This document shows, in pieces, positions 14,715 to 28,572 of a stretch of DNA of 64,000 bases. Made by a program: the position numbers and the translations under genes. The stretch is from Eledone cirrhosa (taxonomy: Eukaryota). Under the pieces are notes generated by a model that did not search any database, had not been told where the DNA came from, and saw only the letters and a list, made by a program, of their open reading frames with translations. Each line of letters opens with the position of its first letter. Position 1 is the first letter of the stretch. The DNA is taken from contig OZ024756.1 of NCBI GenBank assembly GCA_964016885.1, positions 3,286,001 through 3,350,000 of the forward strand. The letters are read 5' to 3'.

Positions 14715-14852
14715 TATCAGTATATATATATATATAAGTATCAGTATTATATATACTATAGTAATAATAAATATGAAGACCAACAACGAAGGGACTCGAT
14801 AAGTTTTGAATATATATACAAATATTTATATTTAGGACACATTAAAGTTTAA

Positions 14853-15071
14853 CCCTTTAACATTTGCAATACTCTATATATACTATTGTATTTTCATAGT
14901 AAAGGCTTTACCTCAATAATATCTCACATAATATCGAATCTGTGTAATCTTGATATTATTTATATTTAGAACAATACCTTAACAGAAGTATGAGTGACCA
15001 GTTACAATCGGTTTGAACAGAAAGAGGTGATAGAATTCTGGCTGGGTATGTCCTATTTAAATGATAAAGGG
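14853..15071. mobile_element. piggyBac-like MITE, second copy in opposite orientation, nested in family E sequence
   Basis: TTAA|CCCTTTA...TAAAGGG; interior is a diverged reverse complement of 12496-12726. Confidence 0.75.
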
Positions 15072-15081
15072 TGGAGCAAAT

Positions 15082-15134
15082 AATTTCTGAAGATCCCGTA
15101 ATAGTGTGGAAGCAGAAATTCTTCGGCTTAAATT
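15082..15134 (+). ncRNA. Degenerate hammerhead (older family E copy, canonical CTGAAGA core)
   Basis: AATTT CTGAAGA ... GGAA GC..GC T T AAATT; GAAA is mutated to GGAA. Confidence 0.45.
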
Positions 15135-15348
15135 TAATATATTATATATATATATGTATTATATATATTATATATTATACATATATATATATAATATATA
15201 TATATATATTATACATACATATTACGCAATATATATACTATATATATAATGTATACATATTATATATTATACATACATATATATTATATATATAATATAC
15301 ATATATGTTATATAAATAATATATATCTATATATAAATTATATATATA

Positions 15349-15401
<53 letters not shown>

Positions 15402-15968
15402 ATATATATATGTAATATATATATATACTATATATATAATTTATATATATATATTATATATATAATGTATATATATATATACTATATATATATTGTATAT
15501 ATATATATATATACTATACACATAATATATATATACATACTATATATATATATAATGTATATATATATACTATACATATAATATATACATATATAAATAT
15601 ACTATATACATGATGTATATATAATAGAGCATATATATATATACTATATATATAATATATATAATATATTATATATATATTATATATACTATAAATATAA
15701 TATATTATATATATATACTATATATATGTGTGTGTGTGTGGTGTATGCGTATGCTTGTGTGCACGTGTGTATGTGTGTGTGTTTGTGTGTGTGTGTTTGT
15801 GTGTGTGTGTAAGGCAGTTTTGTGAGATTAAGTAGACCCCATTACATTCATGCAGTTACCAGTTAAATCCCACTACGCAGCAAAGACAACAAATATTTAG
15901 TTTTCTTTTTCTCTGGTTGATCAACATTTTGTGAATGAGATTTAGCAGACATCGCTGCTGTAGCCCTC

Positions 15969-16075
<107 letters not shown>

Positions 16076-16101
16076 GTATAATAAACAATACAATATAATT
16101 A

Positions 16102-16169
16102 CCTCATTACCAGAGGTTTCCCGAATAAGACGATTACAAGAAACGTCCTCATTCGTTCGTCAGACAAGG
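16102..16169 (-). ncRNA. Type I hammerhead ribozyme (family S)
   Basis: CCTTGT CTGACGA A-CGAATGAGGACG[loop]CGTCTTATTCG-G GAAA CC[TCT]GG T A ATGAGG: 6-bp stem I, 11-bp stem II, GUA site. Confidence 0.8.
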
Positions 16170-16249
16170 CAATTTATTAAATTTAGCTCTGTAACTTACA
16201 TAGAGAACTCTTCACTCCTATGACTTTTTCAATTTTCAACGGAAACTTC

Positions 16250-16627
16250 AATGCATATATATATACATACATGCACACATATATATATGTACGTATGGAT
16301 TCACCGAACATTTATTATAATGACGATAGCTAATAAGCTTGAAACTAGTACAGCGTTCCTTTGTCAGTGTTGAACAAACGAGCAACGATGTTTGCTAGAC
16401 ACTGTTCGGCTTAATACGGGATGTTTGTTTACAAACACACCGAGCATTATAATAAATGTTCGGTGAATCCATACGTACATATATATATATGTGTGCATGT
16501 ATGTATATATATATACATACTACTGTACGTCTGTATACATATATGTATGTACGTGTACATACTTATATTTAAGTAACAGCCGTACTAAGAGTGGGAAATG
16601 AAATTTCGTTTCATTTTTACCGTTTAT
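16250..16627 (+). mobile_element. Family H element, 5'-truncated inside the hammerhead core with an inverted 5' segment
   Basis: 16250-16320 is the reverse complement of about 16445-16510; the sense part begins TGACGATAGC...GAAACTAGTACAGCGT. Homologous to 43880-44215. Confidence 0.85.
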
Positions 16628-16684
16628 ATATAGATAGATAGATATATAGATACTATTATAAATATATATTTATATATACAATTA

Positions 16685-16820
16685 TAGGAACAAGTTGGAC
16701 CCCGATGGCTGAGCTCCAGCCGCCGCGGTCCTACTTGTTCCTATTACACACTCTACTACCCTAAGTATTGAGTACTTTGGAGCGTTATGGTCCATCGGGT
16801 TCCTTACCACATTTCCTTCG

Positions 16821-16822
<2 letters not shown>
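16685..16822 (+). mobile_element. Family B element with a central deletion
   Basis: Short arms plus the full tail. Confidence 0.85.
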
Positions 16823-16867
<45 letters not shown>

Positions 16868-16871
<4 letters not shown>

Positions 16872-17284
16872 AAAGTTCTATTTAAATTGTTGGGATACAA
16901 CAAACAAATATTTTTATAACTGATATAAAGCACTCAACAAATATTTGGAGTAAAAATACGATATTAACAAATGGAAACTATATTTATAAAACCATATTTA
17001 TTTCATTATACACATTTTAAGGACACCAATTTAAATTATGGTGTGCTTTCATCAGATAAAATATAATATAGATCAGTTTTATAAATAAATATATATATAG
17101 TCTATCCGGGAGCTTCCAACAGTAATGGTTGCATTCTTTAAGGGTATGTCAATATTTATTTATAAAACTGATCTATATTATATTTTATCTGATGAAAGCA
17201 CACCATAATTTAACTTGGTGTCCTTGAAATATGTATAATGAAATAAATGTGGTTTTATAAATATAGTTTCCGTTTGTTAATATC

Positions 17285-17285
<1 letters not shown>
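16868..17285. mobile_element. Family C fold-back element; intact hammerhead at 17181-17245 (+), mutated mirror copy on the minus strand
   Basis: Long inverted repeat; TATTTTAT CTGATGA AAGCACACCA..TGGTGTCCTT GAAA TATGTA T A ATGAAATA. Confidence 0.85.
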
Positions 17286-17365
<80 letters not shown>

Positions 17366-17685
17366 TGTAAATATATATGTAAATGTAAATATATATACCA
17401 ACGGAATTAAATATATATATGTGTGCGTGTATATATTTGTGCATGTGTGTTGTGTGCATGTGCGTTGGTCTGTGTGCATGTGTGCGTGTGTGTATGTGTG
17501 TGTCTGTGTGCCTGTGTGCGTGTGCGCGTGTGTGCGTGTGTGTATGTATGTGTGTATGTGTGTGTGTGTGTATGTGTGTATGTGTGTGTGTGTTTGTCTG
17601 TGTGCGAGTGCAAAGTTGTAAATCATTTCTCTACAGTATGTAGATATTCCACTTGATATATGTGTATAAAACTATTTTTGAACGT

Positions 17686-17730
<45 letters not shown>

Positions 17731-18835
17731 TCACATATACAAAAACACACACACTCACACACTCACATACACACACTTGATATATGTGTATAAAACTATT
17801 TTTGAACGTAACACACACACATACACATACACATACACACACATATATATATATATATACAAACACACGCGCACACACATACACACAAATATATAAACAC
17901 ATATATACACACATATACAAAGTCACATTCACACACATGTACACACACACACACACATACATACACACACACACAAACACACACACTTGATATATGTGTA
18001 TAACAATTTTTTTGAACGTAAAACACACACACATATATATATATGACAAATATACAAACACACACACATACACACATACACACATATATATATATACATA
18101 TACAAACACACATACACACACACATATGTACACACATACACATGTATACACACTCACACACATGTACAAACACACATACACACACATACACACACATACA
18201 CACACATACACGCACAGATACAAACACATACACACACACACATATGTACACACATACACATGTATACAGACTCACACACATGTACACATATACAAACACA
18301 TATTCACACACATAACCACTCATATACAAACACACATACACACACATGTACATACACACACACATATATAACACACAAACATATATATATATATACATAT
18401 ATACAAACACACATATTCACACACACATACATACACATATACAAACACACATATTCACACATACACATACACATACATACACATATACATACACACACAC
18501 ACACATATATATATACACATATACAAACACACATACACACACATACACGCACATATACAAACACACATATTCACACAAACACACATTCACACAAACACAC
18601 ATACATACACATATACAAACACACACACAGCCACACACACACGTAGTATGTGCGCGGGTGCGTAACCTATATTTCCCCTGGGTAAGTATAACTATCTCTG
18701 CTGAACCTTCCACATATTTAGAAGGTAAACAAGAAGATTGTTTCTTAAAACAAAGTGTTTTCATGAAACCCAGTAAACCTAATGACTATAACATTAAATG
18801 ATGAACGTGTTTCTCTCTAATACACACACACATAT

Positions 18836-18880
<45 letters not shown>

Positions 18881-18884
18881 GGAA

Positions 18885-19094
18885 CGATCGACTTTCGTCA
18901 AATCGGACCGAGGGAACAATGTTTCCGTTGGTCTTTCCAATTGTTAATACTATCTATCGGTCGCAACTCCAGGTAGAAGGAGCAACGTGAAATAAAGTGT
19001 TTTGCTCAAGGACATAACGCATCACCTGGTCCAGGAATCGAACTCACAACCTTATAATTGCGAATCCAATTCCCTAATCACTCAGCCACACGCC
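18885..19094 (-). mobile_element. CORE-type SINE, second copy
   Basis: Reverse complement similar to 11463-11680. Confidence 0.85.
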
Positions 19095-19105
19095 TTAGAT
19101 ATATA

Positions 19106-19449
19106 TAATTGTTTCTACTTATGGCACAAGGCCAGCATTTATCACATTGTATTACTGGTACTTTATATATATATATATATATAATTGTTTCTACTTTTGG
19201 CACAAGGCCAGCAAATAACCCAGTGTATTACTGGTACTTTATATATATATATATATATAATTGTTTCTACTTTTGGCACAAGGCCAGCAAATTATTCAGT
19301 GTATTACTGGTACTTTATTTCTTCGACCCCCCGTAAGGATGAAAGGCAACGTTAACCTCGGCGGGATTTGAACTCAGAACGGAAAGGGACGTAACTCTGC
19401 ATCAAAGCATGGCGTCCGACCCTCTACCGATACTGCCAATCCACCGCCT
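19106..19449 (-). mobile_element. SINE family A, full copy (19259-19449) plus two extra 3'-end fragments
   Basis: AATTGTTTCTACTT..GGCACAAGGCCAGC occurs three times, separated by (TA)n. Confidence 0.88.
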
Positions 19450-19734
19450 ATATATATGTATATATATATATAATGTTTTAATATAGAATAACTTCTATAG
19501 GACTAAAACTGTTTCATTCGTGAGAAATCATCCCGATTCAACCAGGAATAACTTATGTTCGTACTGCCTCTCTATTTTGTTCCCATTCCATTTTTCACTA
19601 TATATATATATATGCGATGAAATACCCATGATCGTTGGTAAATCACTGATGAGGGACTCATTTAAAACATGTTATCCATGTGCAACCTGCAGTATTCTTC
19701 TCCCCAATATTTTATATATATATATATATATATA

Positions 19735-20015
19735 TAGGAACAAGTAAGACCCCGACGGCTGAGCTCAAGCCGTTTCGACGGCTAATTCTGTCCAGAATTC
19801 GTAGAATCAAGACTTCTCTGAGGAGCTTGCGATTTTCATAGTCAGGTTCGATCATCACATCGATCGTGACTAATTTCGACGGCTAATTCCGTCGAAACGG
19901 CTTGAGCTCAGCCGTCAGGGTCTTACTTGTTCCTATTACCCACTCTACTACCCTAAGTATTGAGTACTTTGGTGCGTTATGGTCCACCTGGTTCCTTACC
20001 ACATTTCCTTCGTTA
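19735..20015 (+). mobile_element. Family B element with a 74-bp captured insert in its loop
   Basis: Arms and tail intact; 19798-19871 matches 20341-20414. Confidence 0.9.
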
Positions 20016-20496
20016 TATATATATATATATATATATAAAAATGAAAAGTATAGAAATTGTTGTAGCGAGAAGCTAACAGTATTCCATAATATATAAGTAA
20101 CTATAAAGTCAAAATGGGAAAATAGTTAACATAAGATATGAGAAAAATAATTCAGACTCAATTCAAAAGGAATCAGGATATAGATTTATCCAACAGAATT
20201 TAGAGAAATCCAGGGAAAAATCAATATATATATATATATATATATAATTGGTGCTGGATACTTAAAGTGTCCGTATGCGGTAGGCCGTTTGAGCACTCGA
20301 TGCTCTCATAGAGCAGAGTATGATATCACGAAAAGTCTGCTTCGTAGAATCAAGACTTCTCTGAGGAGCTTGCGATTTTCAGAGTCAGGTTCGATCATCA
20401 CATCGATCGTGACTCGAGCTGGTCGCCAGAGAAACGATTGTAATATGTGCAATAAATTGCATTCCTCGCAACACTGATTCTATTTTTTTTTCTGTG

Positions 20497-20564
<68 letters not shown>

Positions 20565-20768
20565 AGGGTTGACGGACCCAGCATTATATATATATATATA
20601 TATTTCACACGGACCCAGCACTATATATATATATTTCACATGTGTAAATATATATATACATATATATATATATGTGTGTATATCTAAATATATATCACAT
20701 GTTTTAATACAAACACACACACACATATATATGTGTGTGTATGAACGTATCGTATGTGTATGTGTATG

Positions 20769-20839
<71 letters not shown>

Positions 20840-20993
20840 TGTGTGTGTGTGTATATATATATATTGAATATAATGATAAATATATATTATATTATACATA
20901 TAACCTTTGTCGAATCCTCTAAGTATCTGAATGTTTATTGCATATATTTATATGTGTGTGCATGTATATATATATATATATAGATATATATAT

Positions 20994-21042
<49 letters not shown>

Positions 21043-21109
21043 TATATATATATATATATGCACATATATAATATATATATATGCACATATATAATATATA
21101 TATATATAT

Positions 21110-21660
21110 GTCGGGTCACTCTTGAGTGCTACTGGTAACATGTAACCAAGTACAACCTGTCGCATGGTCGGGTCGTCGGCGACTAAACCGGCAACCCCAC
21201 CAAGTTTACTTGGTGAGGAGGGTGATTTTGGACACACTGCAGGACATAAAACAAAACCTGACAAAGGGCGGAAGAACTCATAAGGGTCAACGGCCATCCA
21301 AAAGTGTGTAAATATATATATACACATGTACATGTGTGTGTATATGTGTATATGCATGGGTGCATGTGTATGTATATGCGCGGGGACATAGAAATAGTCG
21401 GGCTGGACACCCGATCGCGCGGTTAAACCACTGGGAGTGAAGGACCTCTAGCCTTTCTCAGAACATTCTTCTAGGAGCAGGCAACTCAGGAAACTGGGAT
21501 AACTCCGATATAAAAACCTGCGGCTCAGTAGTTACCGATGATGTTGAACTTTTCTTCTTTTCGGGTTATAGCTAGTGTCACTCAGAGAGTGGGATTGGCT
21601 CAGAGTACAGTCTTTCCTCACTTTAAAAAATATCTTCACGCACAGGCATTGCACGATAGA
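21110..21660 (+). mobile_element. RTE-like 5'-UTR derivative interrupted by a microsatellite
   Basis: Colinear similarity to 35020-35400 (TGGTAACATGTA..GGTCGGGTCGT..GGCGACTAAAC..GAGAGTGGGATTGGCT..CACAGGCATTG). Confidence 0.65.
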
Positions 21661-21765
21661 ATTAATTAATTATTATTAATAATGGTATATCGTTCAATGG
21701 CTATACTCGATAACGAGGGGACAGCCATCAAAGATATATATATACAGATAGAGAAAGAAATAGGA

Positions 21766-21821
<56 letters not shown>

Positions 21822-22152
21822 GTGAGTGAGAGAGAGAGAGAGAGAGCACGCCACCCATGAATAAAATTGAAACAATGGAAAATAATAAGCAGAGATATAG
21901 TATAGATCATAAAACGACGGGGTGGTCACGGCTGAAACGCTATTGGTCACGCATCAGTGGAACCAGTGGGGCTATCATCACCACAACATCTGTTTCATAT
22001 ATATTACAAATATGTCGCATATTTCACGAAGTTGACTAAGTTCATTAAATTACTTGTTACACAGAATATATACATGTATGAACATATTGCAGGGATTGCG
22101 GTGCAGGGATTGCGGTGCATGTGTGTGTGGTTGTGTGTGTGTGTGTGGGTGT

Positions 22153-22203
<51 letters not shown>

Positions 22204-22538
22204 TGTGTGTGTGTGTGTGTGTGTACATCACGCTCCTGTAAAATCTACAAACACACTCATATACACCCACTCACACAAACACACTCAAAAATACATACAG
22301 AGGCTCACACACCTATATATTATAATATAATCGTTTCTACTTTAGGCACAAGGCCAGCAATTATCCCAGTACATTACTGGTACTTTATTTTATCGACCCC
22401 GTAAGGATGAAAAGCAAAGTTAACCACGGCGAGATTTGAACTCAGAAAAATTCATATATATAAAAGGCTGAATGAGTTGGGTTATATAATCCAAGAGACT
22501 TAAGTACCTGTATTTGTCATTATCGTATAAAATCTTAT

Positions 22539-22571
<33 letters not shown>

Positions 22572-22953
22572 AGATTATTTATATATATATATATAAATAA
22601 TCTTATATATATATATATATAAGATTATTTATATATATATATATAAATAATCGTATATATATAAATATATATATATTTATATTGATATATATAAGATTAT
22701 TTATATTTATATATATAAGATTATTTATATATATATATATAAATATATATATATTTATATATATAAGATTATTTATTTATATATAAATATAAATATATAT
22801 ATATTTATATATATAAGATTATTTATTTATATATAAATATAAATATATATATATTTATATATATAAGATTATTTATTTATATATAAATATAAATATATAT
22901 ATATTTATATATATGATTATTTATTTATATATAAATAAAAATATATATATATT

Positions 22954-22985
<32 letters not shown>

Positions 22986-22997
22986 CATATATATATA

Positions 22998-23072
<75 letters not shown>

Positions 23073-23093
23073 ATATATATATTTATATATATA

Positions 23094-23154
<61 letters not shown>

Positions 23155-23158
<4 letters not shown>

Positions 23159-23422
23159 ATACTTGGGGAGGGTCATATTTGTGTAATAATATTGCCAGAA
23201 TTAATAACAGAACTCACTCGCTGTTGGGTTGGTTTTCGCTTCTGTGTCTTTTATATCGGTTAATTTAATTTTTTTTATTCGGTCCTCAATGTTACCATTG
23301 ACTGACCAATGTTATTAATTCTGGCAATATTATTACACAAATATGACCGTCCCCAAGTATAACAATATTTGTTACGACACACGATTTCATATCAAAAACC
23401 TCGCGAAACTAAATCATCGCCG
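23155..23422. mobile_element. Family G fold-back element in (TA)n; relative at 3620-3715
   Basis: 23155-23209 is the reverse complement of about 23310-23365; ATGACC.TCCC.AAGTATAACAATATT is shared with 3635-3661. Confidence 0.7.
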
Positions 23423-23459
<37 letters not shown>

Positions 23460-23587
23460 ATATGAAAATATATATATATATACATACATATCAAAATAAA
23501 TTAACGGAGTCATAAATTCGCATTGGTCCCTGTACATTGATACACACACAATCTCTTTCGTGTATATCATTTCTATATATTGTATAT

Positions 23588-23659
<72 letters not shown>

Positions 23660-23671
23660 ATATATATATAT

Positions 23672-23838
<167 letters not shown>

Positions 23839-23850
23839 ATATATATGACC

Positions 23851-23898
<48 letters not shown>

Positions 23899-23899
<1 letters not shown>

Positions 23900-24063
23900 A
23901 CAAAGAGGGTGTGGTAAGATACGTGGTGGACCATAACGCACCAGAGTACTCAATACTTAGGGGTAGTAGAGTGGGTAATAGGAGAAGATTCAGGGACCCG
24001 ACGGCTGAGCTCCTACAGTTTCGTCAGCTAGATCTAGCCGGAGCTCAGTTATCGGGGTCCTGA

Positions 24064-24066
<3 letters not shown>
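23899..24066 (-). mobile_element. Family B element (diverged)
   Basis: Tail plus diverged arms. Confidence 0.8.
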
Positions 24067-24094
<28 letters not shown>

Positions 24095-24101
<7 letters not shown>

Positions 24102-24515
24102 TCAATGATATTTAATAAATGGAAACTATATTTATAAAACCATATTTATTCTATTATATATATTTCAAGGGTACCAACACTTTGTATTTTATCTGATGAA
24201 AGCGTACCAAAGTTTATTTTATAAATGTTGACATAACCAAGAAAAGGTACCTTTACGGTTCAAGTTTTTCTTGGATAGTTTTTTCTTGGTTATGTCAAAA
24301 TTCATAAAACAAACTTTGTATTTTATCTGATGAAAGCGTACCAAAGTTTTGGTACCCTTGAACTATATATAATAAAATAAATATGGTTTCATAAATATAG
24401 TTTCTATTTATTTAATATCATTGAATATTATACTACAGAAAAGCTGTCGACTGCTCTGAATCAGTTATAAATATTTATATTTGTTGAATTACCAACAAAT
24501 TGAATATCTCTTTTG

Positions 24516-24520
<5 letters not shown>
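24095..24520. mobile_element. Family C rearranged element; hammerhead at 24319-24379 (+) with GAAC in place of GAAA
   Basis: CTGATGA at 24193 and 24327; stem II AAG-C-GTACCAA/TTGGTAC-C-CTT. Confidence 0.8.
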
Positions 24521-24593
<73 letters not shown>

Positions 24594-24764
24594 ATATATA
24601 TATATATATAAGATATATACATCTCAACATTTAGAGATTTGTATCCTTTGTCATTTCAAACAATTGACTAAGACCCGAATCTTGCGTCTTTATTCCAGTA
24701 TACGTTGGACATCCGACTTTTTCCTTTAAATCCACTAGCGCGATCTAGTCATTGGACCCATAAC

Positions 24765-25059
24765 TAGGCCCGGATTTAATGCACGGCAAAGAGGGTAAAT
24801 ACTCTGGGCACCCGTGCAGTGGTAGGTAAACCAGCGACAGTCGTAGCAATTTATTTGTACACTCAGCTGGGCTTTTTAGTTTCAGGATGGTTATAACATT
24901 TTGAATTTAATACCTGTAAGTATAACTTTTCAATTCCAATTACCTCCGCCAAGCTAACTTCCATATACAAAATTGAGGAGTTTTCTGTGTATTCTAATAT
25001 GTTTTTGTGCATGTGGGGCCCCCCAAACCTGAAGTGACCCAGGACCAAATCCGACTCTG
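24765..25059. mobile_element. hAT-like MITE (degenerate)
   Basis: TAGGCCCGGATTT ... AAATCCGACTCTG termini; imperfect 8-bp flanks CCCATAAC/TTCATAGC. Confidence 0.55.
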
Positions 25060-25414
25060 TTCATAGCCCCATAAAAATTGCTGAAGTCTGAATTTTGGTT
25101 TTCTCATTATTTTTCTACAGAATATTACGATGTATTTTGCTGTTGATTTGTATTTCTTCGTCAAAGGAGGATTGTTTCTCTCACGAAATAACATCTATAT
25201 AGGCATATATTTGTACATATCTCCCCTTTCTTTCGACTCCCTGACTATATATATATATATATATAAATCTGTGTGTGTGTGTGTGTGTGTGCGTGTGCGT
25301 GCGCGCGTGTGTGTGTGAATTTATGTATGTATGTATGTGTATATTTCTATATATTTATATTATATATATAATATAAATGTATATACAAGATTTAATTATT
25401 TAATATTTATATTA

Positions 25415-25457
<43 letters not shown>

Positions 25458-25569
25458 GTTTCTACTTTAGGCACAAGGCCAGCAATTACCTAGTACATTA
25501 CTGGTACTTTATTTTATCGACCCCGTAAGGATGAAAGGCAAAATTATAATGTATATATAAATTACATAT

Positions 25570-25615
<46 letters not shown>

Positions 25616-25687
25616 AGCGGAGCAAGCAATTATCAAACAATCTTTTAAATAAATTAAAAAACGATTTAAATATTCACCTGTACTATT

Positions 25688-25767
25688 GCCGTTACCGAGG
25701 GTTTCACTAATCAAAAGATTGAAAATACAGAGAACTTCCAATGGAATGAATTAGATCTTTAGACAGC
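25688..25767 (-). ncRNA. Degenerate hammerhead (family S relative)
   Basis: GCTGT CTAAAGA TCTAATT...GATTAGT GAAA CC[CTC]GG T A ACGGC; core G5 is mutated. Confidence 0.55.
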
Positions 25768-25864
25768 TATTTCCATACTATAAGGGTACAAAACCTCACA
25801 GTAAGTCAATATTTCGCTTACTGCTCGACGCATGCGGTCAAGCCGTATATATATATATATATAT

Positions 25865-26128
25865 AATGTAGGAGGTGAGTTTTATTGTAGTACAATAAAG
25901 TAATGCAGATATCGGATAAGAAGCACTCTACAATTTGTAGGACTGGAATATACATAATATAAGATCAAAAGATGGTTAAAGGAGTTCCATGTATTTTATT
26001 ATGCGCATTTCAAAAATAAACATCATCATGCAATAATATTTGTGTTTTCATCAGATAAAACATATGTTTTTGAAATGCGCATAATAAAATACATGGAACT
26101 CCTTTAACCATCTTTTGATCTTATATTA
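25865..26128 (-). mobile_element. Family K fold-back element; hammerhead at 25992-26060 (-)
   Basis: TTTTAT CTGATGA ... GAAA TGCGCA T A ATAAAA; inverted arm at 26066-26128. Confidence 0.8.
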
Positions 26129-26611
26129 TATATATATATATATACGTTTCAGGAGAACCTGTTAAGGGTGAAAGCAGCGATTCTTTGCTTAAACTTTAAT
26201 CTGTTATTTTAATAAATATATATATATATATATATATGTTTACGTATTATATATATAATGTGTGTATGTATATAATATATATAATACACATTATATATAT
26301 ATATATCATAAACATGTATGAATATTGTTTATATGTATTGAATATATATATATATATTATATATACACATGTGTATATATTATTTATATATATTATTTAT
26401 ATATATTTATATATATTATTTATATTTATTTATATATATTATTTATATTTATTTATATATATATATATATAAACATGTATATATATTATTTATATATATT
26501 TATATATAATATATATATATAATTTATATATATACGCATACATATATTTATACTTATATTCAGCATATATTAATACACCCCTAATTATTTTTTTCTCTCT
26601 CTACCCTACAG

Positions 26612-26691
26612 TCAGTATAGACAGCTTTGAGCTGAGTTTTGAGATAGAACTCAACAGCCTTGAGCTCAGTTTCAAGACTTCGCTCAACTAA
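26612..26691 (+). CDS. Candidate terminal exon, SIDSFELSFEIELNSLELSFKTSLN*
   Basis: Good branch point and polypyrimidine acceptor (CTAATTATTTTTTTCTCTCTCTACCCTACAG). Contains a 30-nt-period internal repeat. Confidence 0.25.
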
Positions 26692-26900
26692 TGCTCATGA
26701 CTAGGACGTTTGTTGTTCAAACATCCTCACAATCATCGTTATTCTACAAAACATGACATCTGTTTCGTATACATTTTAATTATCTTTCCATATTTCAGTG
26801 AATTATCTAAATTATATGATGTACCATATATATATTTTACAATATTACTTCATGCTTCTGAGCGAGCTGGGTGTGCCGCAGATACGATATAATTATATTT

Positions 26901-26969
<69 letters not shown>

Positions 26970-27034
26970 TATACATATATACATATATATACATATATAT
27001 ATATACATACATATATATATATACATATATATAC

Positions 27035-27237
<203 letters not shown>

Positions 27238-27276
27238 CATTGTAGGAATATGGTCGGAATGGGGTTTACGCTATAA

Positions 27277-27458
27277 TATTTGTTTCTACTTTTGGCACGA
27301 GGCCAGTAAATAACCAGTGTATTACTGGTACTTTATTTTATAGACCCCGTAAGGATGAAAGGCAAAGTTAACCTCGATGGGATTTGAACTCAGAATGGCA
27401 AGGGCCGCAACTCTGTGCGTCAAAGCATGGCGTCCGACCTTCTACCGATACTGCCAAT
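27277..27458 (-). mobile_element. SINE family A
   Basis: Matches the family consensus. Confidence 0.9.
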
Positions 27459-28097
27459 ATATTTTAAATGTGGTATTTATTTCATCGATTTAATTTTGTC
27501 GAATTTCTAGTTTCAAAATTCACCACAGTGTGTTAGTCCCCCACAATAGATGTGAAATACAAAACCACATGGCTACAAAACTTCAAAACTACACAGACAT
27601 ACTTTCCTTTACAAACGAATTGCACAAAAAATGACAAAATATTTTTATTAGCTCTAAAGTGAGTCGCGAGGAACCCCCCAAATAAACTCAAAATAACAAT
27701 AAATAAAAATAATAAATTTCGAAACATTACTGTATAGTAGAATGTCTTCTAGAAGACATTATATGTGCGTGGATGTGTATAGGAATACGAGTGTATATGA
27801 CATTTCTACACATGTAGAGAAATGCCAAAAAAGTCAGTCAAATATTCCGCCTAATTTGTCAGAAAGTTCGCGTATATGAGTTTAAGCAAGATACCTAACG
27901 AATGTACTTTCCACGAGAATTGGGCTGAATATGGGAGCGAGAGTTTAAGTATGTATGTATGTATGTATGTATGTATGTATGTATGGAAAGATGTGTGGTG
28001 TATCTATACATACGAATCTATCTATCTATAGTAATAATAATAATACATGTGAAGACTCAAATTCTCCATGAGGATAAATATATATCAAATATATAAG

Positions 28098-28148
28098 AGT
28101 TTCAGAAGACCCCGTTAAGGGTGAAAGCACCGATTCTTTGTTTAAACT
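28098..28148 (+). ncRNA. Hammerhead with variant CAGAAGA core (family E)
   Basis: AGTTT CAGAAGA CCCC[GTTAA]GGGT GAAA GCA[..]TGT T T AAACT. Confidence 0.6.
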
Positions 28149-28344
28149 TTAATCTGTTATTATATATATATATATATATATATATAAGAAATAGAAGCTT
28201 TCGCTGTAGTGTTTTACTACAGAAATGTTACCCTGATCGTGGGATTTAGAACCCTTTATCAAGTTAAAATTTCTTTAGTATAAAATACAGCGAAACCTTC
28301 TATTTCTAATCTCAGACTCGCACACTGTTTCAAAACAAACTTGC

Positions 28345-28384
<40 letters not shown>

Positions 28385-28389
<5 letters not shown>

Positions 28390-28572
28390 GAGGTTCTACA
28401 GGACTAGAACTGTTTCATTCGTGAGAAATCATCAGGAAGCTTCCTGGTAATTTCTCACGAATGAAACAATTCTAGTCCTGTAGAAGCTCTTCTATATTAA
28501 AACTTGTATACTCTGCTATGTTTTGAGTACCTTACTTACTGTGGTTACCTCCGATTCAACCCGGAATAACTT
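28385..28572. mobile_element. Family D fold-back element; hammerhead on the minus strand (28392-28443), mutated mirror on the plus strand
   Basis: Palindrome centred on GGAAGCTTCC; minus strand CTGATGA TTTC[TCAC]GAAT GAAA CAG[TTCTAGTC]CTG T A. Other D fragments at 19490-19552, 36000-36122, 46018-46080 and 58127-58257. Confidence 0.8.

Noticed and set aside
19640-19680. CTGATGA...AAAACATGTT hammerhead-like string
   Set aside because: GAAA is absent and stem I does not pair; at most a decayed relic.
21130-21195. HDV-like ribozyme in the RTE-like 5' region (GTCG..CGACTAA)
   Set aside because: I could not assign P1, P1.1 and P3 convincingly by eye; needs a covariance-model search.
21943-21990. 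Minus-strand DVVVMIAPLVPLMRDQ resembling RecQ helicase motif Ia
   Set aside because: Immediately followed by a stop, with no flanking helicase motifs; 16 aa cannot be distinguished from chance.
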